From a virus, in the IMG/VR virus record IMGVR_UViG_3300032087_001284, positions 1 through 31,591 of that record: DNA of 31,591 nt. One strand, 5' to 3'. Made by a program: the position numbers and the translations under genes. The first letter of the stretch is position 1. Each line of letters starts with the position of its first letter. Below the pieces are notes generated by a model. It was not told where the DNA came from and searched no databases. It saw nothing but the letters and a program-made list of their open reading frames with translations. This document shows, piece by piece, positions 24,701 through 30,385 of the stretch.

Positions 24701-25580
24701 TTTTTACAACGACTATTCAACGCGAGTAGCATACACGGGTGGCGATTTTTATATTAGGTCTGAGGTTAGCAATTGTTATCTATATGCAGCTAATACCTAT
24801 CTAGGAGGTGACACCGGAGACAATATTCGCGTGAGAGGTAACACTATATTCGGCGACAGTTGGTCTATTACTGGTGTAGGCTTAGTAACAGCCGACAGGT
24901 TTTATTCGGGCTTAGGAACGGCAGCAAGCCCAGCTTATCAAGTAGGTGACACCAATTCGGGATTTTATGACAGCGGAGCTAATCAAGTCGGTGTGGCTCT
25001 TTCTGGAATTTTAGAATATAAATTCCAACCTACACAGCTAGGCATGGAGGGTAACAATCTTGCTAACGTAACTCACATTTATGTAAACGGTAACATCTAC
25101 CACAACGGCGATACCAACACTTACATACAATTTACGACAGACCGCATAAGAATAGCTTCAGGTGGTTTTTTAATGCTTGATTGCATAGAGACAGGTGGAA
25201 CGTCTTACGTTGACATAGCGAATCGGGTCAGAGTCACCACCAGCGGAAATATGGAGTGTGAAGGTAATATCACCGCTTACTCGACAACCAGCATTTCTGA
25301 CATCAACCAGAAGGAAAACATCCAGCGAATTAGCGACCCCATTGAAAAGATCAAGCGAATCTCTGGTTATGAGTTTGATTGGAAAAACTCAGGCGAGCAC
25401 TCAGGCGGCGTAATAGCTCAAGAAGTTGAGCAAATCATGCCAAAGGTCGTCAAAGAAACAAGTATCCGAGACGGCGATAAAATGAAGGCAGTAGATTATC
25501 AAGCAATCATCGGACTTTTGGTTGAGACTGTTAAAGACTTAAATAAGCGTATAGAGGATTTAGAAAATGGCGATAACTAA
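18702..25580 (+). CDS. Giant host-specificity (J-like) / tail fibre fusion protein with a C-terminal intramolecular chaperone (peptidase S74-type) domain
   Basis: ATG 18702 (the ORF track uses TTG 18693). N-terminal J/GTA-g15-like region (RKLVYGETMVSGPLTY...LHQVVALAGHELTAIKTVFFDD). FN3-like segment (SQLTLTSAINSIELNWKNPPN...YYYWIQAV). Fibre motifs YLPLAGGTLTGAL and HLPLAGGTLTGNL. C-terminal SDINQKENIQRI...ISGYEFDWK...GGVIAQEVEQIMPKVV...AVDYQAIIGLLVETVKDLNKRIEDLE is typical of autocleaving chaperone domains. Confidence 0.85.
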   Translation: MAQIIPFLKAVGAFVTAGAAAGTTAAVIGATVVIGATVAASRALKPKINFSIDDNDRTRQQTVRSTIEPRKLVYGETMVSGPLTYAKVTGTNNEDLHQVVALAGHELTAIKTVFFDDKSIDLTQALTYNSSTKEVISGFFGPKNDEDGNSENIVYIDTRLGTSSQTAFSALRSNSETSSEYLATHRGDNVASIYTRWRINEGSAEVWDEVGNVQNIKCVVQGKKVYDPRLDVHAGNDAGDNPTTAAYIVYNDGTLTTGSAQGNYNRGNQGENPALQLADFLMNSDFGLGIPASKIDWPAVVTASDLCDQLVPIPSSAVQKRFFGSGVIFGADTYSASISKILSAMNGSLIYSQGKYIMAAGKYVSPSETLTEDDLVGPVQIKTAIPRSDRVNTIKGLFIDPNENYKMMEFGPVTVGANDFNNQTKGAVARDNGEVLTEEVKLPFTDNRYAAQRIALMQVAQSYHQTIVTVPVNLKAMRIAINDRVNLTLSDFNAVDSGNWAPKVFKCIGWRFAEDGQGINLTLIEDDSNNYNDPAAGDYSTITAEGVISTALPNVPSPSQLTLTSAINSIELNWKNPPNTSAWEQIYIYRNTTGTLPTDSDTPIARLRASSYIDQRAAAGSDGVAIEYYYWIQAVRYPQGSTPASGNTNKAKSPMVAAGTPASGKIAATKIGFGVMGADSVGSTQVIDGNIGSDQIATTLQSTNYDAQQETGWQINKSGTAFFQEATIKGGITANSGTIGGLTIGSDKLYVGTGTFNNSNTAFYVDDQGQLSLKDKLSWDGTDLTISGSVTATSGTFTGTVNASAGAFTGDVSTDSKFIAGSGDATTVIDGGASATYRIFSGAAQAESENAPFQVKPDGSVFAKNITVFDASGNILLNQDGLGAAALAGISLTSGTAVDKVSGVLSGDGGEMTLTLDQTATVTLETKFAIYDNSVGTLYLRGTGATSSAALSDITNATLNIVYSLQTDGGSYSTAATKPITFTSTDSTPSSTEVYVTAIQVGGSYLTILMDAGGALEYIANTATYGATAYVVTSHTFTNLPAGVHKIKLSSTITGSGSPDAAGQSTSNRLYELTSSAINFVESAVNVFANGTPSVPTGGGTVSGNLVVTGNLTVNGTTTTVDTDNLTVKDNNITLNYSTGDSSSTANNAGITIQDAVSASTDASILWKTASDSFLFSHKIRVPDLEIDGQTLTSSDDLNSLNDGFYKWGSSQPTNAPTSYMVMYQMTDPNQKIQIAWGSSGSGKVYVRRADSGTFYTWTEMLTTASASSTYLPLAGGTLTGALTVNKNGDALNLRSTTNAQPVRITFSSDVPAVQIGFIEYVHSDSASYGSGEALILGGNQTTTTILADGKLMFNEGIYSKPASGTGAGTRKDANWDSAYTYSQVGHLPLAGGTLTGNLQTLAGSASSVPLRIGDTDSGFFDSGQNAIGIALGGVLEYDFQPTQLDLNGNNIIDAGNITLANESDIQLYTTSGDTGTGSLHLPRDGQITFYGNNNNDHSIASRNSAGTTSDDIRISSYGAIIFDLDSNSNNSSGADFIIGRHGGGNNQIDTLLTVSGETGVIDANGADFSGDITVIGSITSTASNEPNAQQITVSDTDPLTSRNGLFIDHNVTGNTALTTDITKMGIFVDMDVSSVGGDTSNELRAYGIYTDVRGVGDTDLRYGLYSYAETQHDSGTVTENIGVYGFAVSDETGSGHTTNNIGGRFFAYGYGSGTGGTTHQYASFNKVLLSTTNDKDTATATGVYAEIEVDNPGQAQTLTTAYVVRAEFDNDSADNVTINTGYLYYGNYAGTQPSNAYGVYIADAVPNHFSGYITTGDGSTTAASYGFISDVNTGMYSPANHEVALLANGTQRLKVNTSGVVITGTLSATGDLTASGNTVTMTATPARVKYRVWSNATYGIGMESGYTFGPINNDYVMSFQMNNDNDRGFWWGDDNHTNAQGAMALSTDGYLTVATGMRIGYGVSDTTKPSAGLQVSGNIDGTYIRGDRLYANSDGSTGYFYNDYSTRVAYTGGDFYIRSEVSNCYLYAANTYLGGDTGDNIRVRGNTIFGDSWSITGVGLVTADRFYSGLGTAASPAYQVGDTNSGFYDSGANQVGVALSGILEYKFQPTQLGMEGNNLANVTHIYVNGNIYHNGDTNTYIQFTTDRIRIASGGFLMLDCIETGGTSYVDIANRVRVTTSGNMECEGNITAYSTTSISDINQKENIQRISDPIEKIKRISGYEFDWKNSGEHSGGVIAQEVEQIMPKVVKETSIRDGDKMKAVDYQAIIGLLVETVKDLNKRIEDLENGDN

Positions 25581-25836
25581 AACTGAAGTATTACAACGAT
25601 GCGAAACCTATCCTGCATCAGACCCAAGCGCAGAGCCTACTACCAACGAAGGCAATCCTAGGCTAATGGTAGTCATGGAAATCACCTTTGACGATGCAGA
25701 TGATGCCGAATTGCCAGCAGTATCGACTCATGTCACCTACTTAAATAGGTATGACGGCGACGGCAATCCCACGGATGTATCTGGATACCCTCAATTAGTG
25801 CAAAACATCTGCGCGGCGGTTTGGACTGATGCCTGA
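25567..25836 (+). CDS. Hypothetical protein (89 aa)
   Basis: ORF-track entry. The start overlaps the fibre gene end by 14 nt. Acidic. Confidence 0.5.
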   Translation: MAITKTEVLQRCETYPASDPSAEPTTNEGNPRLMVVMEITFDDADDAELPAVSTHVTYLNRYDGDGNPTDVSGYPQLVQNICAAVWTDA

Positions 25837-25984
25837 TTACACCATGCGGGATGACTGGATTTGTTTTAATTACACTTGTAATAATGGCGAGCAGCTTTAC
25901 ATTGAGACAAAGCTAAAGACCACCGTTGAACAAGACATGGAAGCCGCCATTCAAATGATGGAAATGACGCGCAGTGGCGGTTGA
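25829..25984 (+). CDS. Possible small ORF (51 aa; below the ORF-track cut-off)
   Basis: Hand translation: MPDYTMRDDWICFNYTCNNGEQLYIETKLKTTVEQDMEAAIQMMEMTRSGG. It fills the 25837-25973 gap, with short overlaps at both ends. Confidence 0.3.
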   Translation: MPDYTMRDDWICFNYTCNNGEQLYIETKLKTTVEQDMEAAIQMMEMTRSGG

Positions 25985-26876
25985 TACGCTTACAGTTGTA
26001 CCGCAAAATTCCAGCGGAATCCCGCAGTTTAATCGCGCTCTTGGCGTGGGCAGTTGTTCGCCTACAACTACGTCTGCTTTCGGAAACAGCCCATTAGTTA
26101 ATCTTGTGTATGATTACTTTGGCTTTACGATTTTGCGATTTGACGGACACCTTGATAACAGCAGTGTCACAAGTTTTGATATAACCCCAAGTGGCGGCTC
26201 AACGATCACCTTCAATGTAGACACCTATGCTTATTACAGCAGCAGTGATGAAACGCAATTTGCAAGCAGCGATGACGATCAAAATCTAGTCGCCGGAACA
26301 ACGTACACCATAAGGCTTTATTCTGGCAGCACAAACGTAAACACAGAGCGAGTCACTTTAGAGCGTAGAACGCCAACCAAATTTAGTGACTTCTACGGGG
26401 CCACTAGAAACGTCCCACCTGTATCGGGAGCGTTTAAGCTAAGCTGGCTGAAGAATGCGGAAAAGTATGACCACGGATCTGCGATGACATCGGTTCAATT
26501 TACTACTGGGTTTATAACCTACACAGGTTATTCGTCATTGATTAGTCCAAATTTTGGTTCTTTTACGTCAACCACTGTTTCTGACATTATTAATTATTAT
26601 CAGGGCGCGACGATAAAACAGATATATCAATTTTCAAGCTCACAATCTCCATCAACAATCCTTATTATCTTTACGATGGATAAGACTTCTGTCGATACCA
26701 ATTCTCAATGGTACAAAGTCACGCTGACCCCAACAGGAGGAGGCAGCGTTATAACTTTTTATAGAGAAGACTTGACATACAGCAGGAGCGGAGCAAGACA
26801 TACGTGGACTAAAGACTACGGAACCCCGCAACTTGCCAACGGAACGACGAATTACAACTTTGAGCTTCACTGCTAA
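25974..26876 (+). CDS. Hypothetical S/T-rich protein (300 aa) downstream of the fibre gene
   Basis: ORF-track entry with a GTG start. No motif I recognise. Beta-rich composition. Confidence 0.55.
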   Translation: MAVDTLTVVPQNSSGIPQFNRALGVGSCSPTTTSAFGNSPLVNLVYDYFGFTILRFDGHLDNSSVTSFDITPSGGSTITFNVDTYAYYSSSDETQFASSDDDQNLVAGTTYTIRLYSGSTNVNTERVTLERRTPTKFSDFYGATRNVPPVSGAFKLSWLKNAEKYDHGSAMTSVQFTTGFITYTGYSSLISPNFGSFTSTTVSDIINYYQGATIKQIYQFSSSQSPSTILIIFTMDKTSVDTNSQWYKVTLTPTGGGSVITFYREDLTYSRSGARHTWTKDYGTPQLANGTTNYNFELHC

Positions 26877-26880
26877 ATAA

Positions 26881-26910
26881 TTGGAAGATCAACGTATAAA
26901 CGGCTAAAAT
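26881..26910 (+). promoter_or_regulatory. Possible promoter ahead of the small-membrane-protein cluster
   Basis: TTGGAA (26881-26886), an 18-nt spacer, then TAAAAT (26905-26910). Confidence 0.25.
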
Positions 26911-26934
26911 GCGACTTTTAACTAGGAGAGGAAA

Positions 26935-27153
26935 ATGAGCGATCAAAAACGAGAGATAAGTGCCGACGAGTACGTAACAATGGCTAAGATTGATTCATTA
27001 GCTAAACAAAACGCTGGTCAAGCTCTTAGAATAGCCGAATTGGAGGCACAAATTAGCCTCTATCAGCAACAACAACAACAGGCACAGCAGCCACCAGATG
27101 AGCCGATTCTTGGAGAAGAGCCCGTCTTTGAGGAAGTGGACGAAGCTCACTAA
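26935..27153 (+). CDS. Hypothetical coiled-coil / poly-Q protein (72 aa)
   Basis: AGGAGAGGA RBS. Sequence: LRIAELEAQISLYQQQQQQAQQPPDEP, with an acidic tail. Confidence 0.55.
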   Translation: MSDQKREISADEYVTMAKIDSLAKQNAGQALRIAELEAQISLYQQQQQQAQQPPDEPILGEEPVFEEVDEAH

Positions 27154-27182
27154 CTGAAAAAGCTGCTGCATGATGGACGATT

Positions 27183-27635
27183 ATGATTGCGGAAATCTCA
27201 GCAGCTATCGCGGCAGTTCAATCTGTCAATGCGGCGATACAGACCTTAAAGGAGGCAAAGGGTCACGGCGGTGATCTGTCTGGAGTTATAGGTCGCTGGG
27301 CTAATGCGACTGAAAAAGCGCAAGAGGCTGAGAAGAAGGCCGCTGGCAAGATGAGTTATCAAGAGGCTCTAAAGATGGAGTCTATAACTCGCCAGCTTCA
27401 AAATTTTGATCGGCAGTTGCAAGACATTTGTCTAATGCAGGGTCAGCCAGAGTTGTACCATTCAATAAAAAGAAGAATGGAAGAATCTAGGTTAGCGCAT
27501 GAAAAAGAAGTTGCTAAGATCAAACTAAAGCGAAGGCAGTTTAGAGAAAGTGTTAAGCTGATCGCAACGATGGTGGGTTGGGGTTTGCTGTTCATTGGCT
27601 TGCTGATGACCGGCCTTTACCTGTACACAAATTAG
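27183..27635 (+). CDS. Tail-anchored membrane protein (150 aa) with a long helical N-terminal region
   Basis: A single C-terminal hydrophobic segment, LIATMVGWGLLFIGLLMTGLYLY. Confidence 0.55.
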   Translation: MIAEISAAIAAVQSVNAAIQTLKEAKGHGGDLSGVIGRWANATEKAQEAEKKAAGKMSYQEALKMESITRQLQNFDRQLQDICLMQGQPELYHSIKRRMEESRLAHEKEVAKIKLKRRQFRESVKLIATMVGWGLLFIGLLMTGLYLYTN

Positions 27636-27644
27636 GATTGCAAG

Positions 27645-27830
27645 ATGCAAACGGAAGCCAAATCGATTGTGGATGCGGTTGCAGTAGGCGGAGGAGTAGC
27701 TTCTTTGGCTGGATGGTTGCCTGATATTGCAGCACTTTTAACTATTGTTTGGTTGTCTATCCGAATTTGGGAGTCTGAAACGGTAAAAGGTTTGTTCGGG
27801 CGTAAAGGTGAAAGCGATGGAGACTCTTGA
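27645..27830 (+). CDS. Small two-TM protein, holin-like
   Basis: 61 aa. Hydrophobic segments IVDAVAVGGGVASLAGWL and IAALLTIVWLSIRIW. Charged C-terminus GRKGESDGDS. Confidence 0.5.
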   Translation: MQTEAKSIVDAVAVGGGVASLAGWLPDIAALLTIVWLSIRIWESETVKGLFGRKGESDGDS

Positions 27831-27969
27831 CGCACTCGCAGCGATTTGGCCCATAGCCTTTGGATTCGTAACTTTGGTCATCGTGCTGGCAAAAATGCAC
27901 AGCGATATTGAGCAGATAAAAGAAAAAGTAAGAACACTGTTTGAGCTATTCAACAGCAAAAATAAATAG
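27817..27969 (+). CDS. Small single-TM protein (50 aa; below the ORF-track cut-off)
   Basis: Hand translation: METLDALAAIWPIAFGFVTLVIVLAKMHSDIEQIKEKVRTLFELFNSKNK. It overlaps the upstream ORF by 14 nt. Confidence 0.45.
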   Translation: METLDALAAIWPIAFGFVTLVIVLAKMHSDIEQIKEKVRTLFELFNSKNK

Positions 27970-27992
27970 CGGAGGAAATAAGACAGAAGTAA

Positions 27993-28181
27993 ATGAAGTT
28001 TATTTTAATTATCATAATCGGGAGCTGGGTATCGCCCGATAGGATTGAATTTGACACCCTAGAAGAATGTGAGATTGCAGCAAAAAAACTAACATACGGC
28101 AAAATAGTAACGGCTTGTGAGCCAGGAGATAAATATGCTGGAATACATAGAGATAGCGACGACATTAGTCGCCCTTTGTAG
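27993..28181 (+). CDS. Small protein with a signal-peptide-like N-terminus (62 aa)
   Basis: MKFILIIIIGSWVSP... Its 3' end overlaps the next small gene by 47 nt, so its extent is uncertain. Confidence 0.4.
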   Translation: MKFILIIIIGSWVSPDRIEFDTLEECEIAAKKLTYGKIVTACEPGDKYAGIHRDSDDISRPL

Positions 28182-28287
28182 TGCAATTTGTGCAGTAACC
28201 CCTACACCAAAAGACGACAAGATTATTTCTAAAGTCTATAAGGTGTTAGAGATGTTCGCATTGAATGTCGGTAAGGCGAAACAGTGA
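28135..28287 (+). CDS. Small single-TM protein with TPTPKDD motif (50 aa; below the ORF-track cut-off)
   Basis: AGGAG RBS (28124-28128) 6 nt before ATG 28135. Sequence: MLEYIEIATTLVALCSAICAVTPTPKDDKIISKVYKVLEMFALNVGKAKQ. I recall a TM segment followed by TP..KDD as a recurring small phage membrane protein pattern. Confidence 0.55.
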   Translation: MLEYIEIATTLVALCSAICAVTPTPKDDKIISKVYKVLEMFALNVGKAKQ

Positions 28288-28682
28288 TAGACAAGCTCAT
28301 AGGGCCGGTCACAGGGTTACTAGACAAGTTCATAGAAGACAAAGACCAGAAGGCTAGGCTCGCTCATGACCTAGCTACGATGGCCGACCAGCACGCTCAG
28401 GAGCTTGCTAAGGCGCAGCTAGAAGTCAACAAGGTGGAAGCTGCCCATAAATCACTGTTTGTCAGTGGCTGGCGACCCGCAGTCGGATGGGTTTGCGTTC
28501 TGGGCATGTTTGGCAACTTTATTACTATCCCATTCTCAAACTTTGTTTTGGCCCTATTCGGTATAGACATAGTTATACCTTTAGTTCCTCTCGAAACAAT
28601 GATGCCCGTTCTCATGGGTATGCTAGGATTAGGGGCAATGAGAACCTACGAAAAGAAAAATTCAGTGCATAGAGATAAATGA
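28284..28682 (+). CDS. Holin, GTA-type 3-TM family
   Basis: EDKDQKARLAHDLA...QLEVNKVEAAHKSLFVSGWRPAVGWVCVLGMF matches the remembered GTA_holin_3TM signature (EiNk.EA.s.s.FvaGWRP.iGWvc). GTGA overlap start. Confidence 0.8.
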   Translation: MIDKLIGPVTGLLDKFIEDKDQKARLAHDLATMADQHAQELAKAQLEVNKVEAAHKSLFVSGWRPAVGWVCVLGMFGNFITIPFSNFVLALFGIDIVIPLVPLETMMPVLMGMLGLGAMRTYEKKNSVHRDK

Positions 28683-28753
28683 CTGCGGCTAGGCCTTGAC
28701 GTTCCCCTCCTCTCCCCTTCCGTCAATGGGGTGCGATTCCCCAGCAGTCACCA
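28680..28753 (+). ncRNA. tRNA-shaped four-way-junction element with a 19-nt C/U-rich loop, ending in CCA (not a canonical tRNA)
   Basis: Closing stem TGACTGC/GCAGTCA (7 bp). Arm GGC-TAG-GCC. Arm TTGACG/CGTCAA enclosing TTCCCCTCCTCTCCCCTTC. Arm TGGGG-TGCGATT-CCCCA, which is T-arm-like. No unpaired linker bases between helices. CCA follows at 28751-28753, then TTTT. Confidence 0.35.
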
Positions 28754-28897
28754 TTTTAAACCCAACGTTTTTGTAACCATTTATTAGCATTTAACGCCAT
28801 GGGCGCTTCTTGCGGACTTCGATTTCTGTACTGTCTGCACTTGCTGCAAATCTTAAAATCTCGTCTAACAGTTACGCCACAGAAAGCGCAATGGCCT

Positions 28898-29221
28898 TTA
28901 GAATGGAATGTCGTCATCAAAATCCTCTATCGATGGTGCTTCATGGTGCGCTGGCGCAGTTTGCTGAGCTTTTTGCTGTGCGAAATTATCTGCATCCTTA
29001 GTATAGAAGATTTTAGCATTGCCAATAATCGGCAGTTGTAATTTTTGCTCTCGCTCTTCTTTGCTTAATTGCTCAGAGATTATTCCATTATCACCATACT
29101 GACTTTGCTCGCTGTCAACGAATACAGTCAGATTCGCGTAGGTTCCTTTTTTACCTTTATAAAGTCGTTCTTTGTCTAGCTTGGTAACATCAATGCTAAA
29201 ATTCAAGCCGATGGTGGCCAT
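28898..29221 (-). CDS. SSB-like protein with a canonical bacterial SSB C-terminal tip
   Basis: Ends EDFDDDIPF, which is the E. coli-type SSB acidic tip DFDDDIPF. The short N-terminal domain is not obviously a classical OB-SSB. It is the last gene of the ERF-exonuclease operon. Confidence 0.6.
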   Translation of the reverse strand: MATIGLNFSIDVTKLDKERLYKGKKGTYANLTVFVDSEQSQYGDNGIISEQLSKEEREQKLQLPIIGNAKIFYTKDADNFAQQKAQQTAPAHHEAPSIEDFDDDIPF

Positions 29222-29222
29222 T

Positions 29223-29807
29223 TTACTCTCCTATTTTGTGTTTTAGTTTTTCGACCTTCTCAAGTAATACTTGAAGATTGTCGTCTAAGCCCTTTATATA
29301 TTTATCGTTTCTGTGAACGGTAACAATAAAAGGCGGCATGGCTGGGTGGTACGACATAAAATCCCAACTGTCGGTTTCACACAACCAAATGCACCCTTGC
29401 ACTTGGGGGTAATAATTGCTCGGGCATTTACCCCCGTCAAAATACTTCAGGTGATTTTTAGGTGCTGGGCATTTGACCTCGAGGCGCATCCGATCAGGCG
29501 AGCAGCCTATCGTTTGCTCATCGTTAGTCACGAACCCAATCACTTCGGTTTCGGTATCTTTAATCAGCTCGTAAGCCATAACAGCCTCAGCCTCCATTTC
29601 GATACCACGAGTCATCCAATCAGTAACAAATACTTCTGCTTTTTGTCCAGAAATTACTTCTGCCGCCAGCTCTAGCGCATAATCGTCAAGGCTACTGCTA
29701 ACTTTGCAAGTGCTAGTAAACACTTTGCCAAAATTAGATGCTGTGGGAACACCAAGGCGCAATAAATGCCACGCCTCTGTGCCTTGTTCTACATCATGCA
29801 AGATCAT
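29223..29807 (-). CDS. YqaJ-like viral recombinase exonuclease
   Basis: The N-terminal QGTEAWHLLRLGVPTASNFGKV is the YqaJ/lambda-Exo-like signature. Adjacent to ERF. Confidence 0.8.
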   Translation of the reverse strand: MILHDVEQGTEAWHLLRLGVPTASNFGKVFTSTCKVSSSLDDYALELAAEVISGQKAEVFVTDWMTRGIEMEAEAVMAYELIKDTETEVIGFVTNDEQTIGCSPDRMRLEVKCPAPKNHLKYFDGGKCPSNYYPQVQGCIWLCETDSWDFMSYHPAMPPFIVTVHRNDKYIKGLDDNLQVLLEKVEKLKHKIGE

Positions 29808-30385
29808 GCTGGTATTGACTCCAACAATCGTATCGCTTTGAGCGCCTCTGCGCTGCTAAGATCGTTGATTGACTGATGCTTCGACTTAATCTTCCGCAGC
29901 AACATCTCTTCGCTTCTTTCCTTCGTCACTAACAGCTCTGCAAGAGTTTCAATCTCTCGCTTGCTGGCGACCCTAAACATTGCCGCTTCACCGTCATCAT
30001 CCACTGCTGGAATGCCAAAGGCTGCTTGCAATGCGTATCTACGCGCATAAGTTATTGCTGACCCTGCTGCTTGTGGGTCTGGCTTGACCAAGGGCAACGT
30101 GAAACTGTGCTCAAACCATTCTCCGCTAGTGTGCAAGATCCTAGTTAGCACGCCAACGCCGCCGTCGTCGCTGTGCGGCATTTGCATAAAACTTAACCCG
30201 TATTTAATCAAGGTAGGTTTCAGGGTTTTTATTATACTTTCCAGATTTGCGTAGTTGCTATGGAAGTAGGGGTTTTCGGCGGTTTTAACAGCGCCGCCAA
30301 TCTCTGCTTGTGCCTCGCAAAATGCTTTGGCAATATTTTCTATACTTTCACTATTCCGCACTTTTTCTCTCCAACCTTTTTTCAA
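29804..30385 (-). CDS. erf: ERF-family single-strand annealing protein
   Basis: NPYFHSNYANLESIIKTLKPTLIKYGLSFMQ...ILHTSGEW...GSAITYARRYALQAAFGIPAVDDDGEAA matches the ERF pattern (f.S.YA.L..i.....p.L...Gl...Q...H.SGe...GsaiTYaRRY.l....Gi..dDDg). Confidence 0.85.
   Translation of the reverse strand: MKKGWREKVRNSESIENIAKAFCEAQAEIGGAVKTAENPYFHSNYANLESIIKTLKPTLIKYGLSFMQMPHSDDGGVGVLTRILHTSGEWFEHSFTLPLVKPDPQAAGSAITYARRYALQAAFGIPAVDDDGEAAMFRVASKREIETLAELLVTKERSEEMLLRKIKSKHQSINDLSSAEALKAIRLLESIPA

Noticed and set aside
27064-27090. CAA/CAG microsatellite encoding poly-Q, as a possible contingency locus
   Set aside because: The repeat is short, imperfect and in-frame, so slippage would only change Q number. 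Nothing suggests a regulatory role.
28680-28753. Possible tRNA or tmRNA-like gene, or a tRNA-derived attP core
   Set aside because: The anticodon position is a 19-nt all-pyrimidine loop, the D-arm is a 3-bp mini-hairpin, and the T-loop has G at position 55. With no integrase in the genome an attP is unlikely. Reported instead as a tRNA-shaped element of unknown function.
28799-29041. Plus-strand ORFs 28799..29041 and 28810..29001
   Set aside because: They are antisense to the SSB-tip gene or lie in the convergent intergenic region. Translations are Cys/Leu-rich, there is no RBS, and they do not fit the operon layout.
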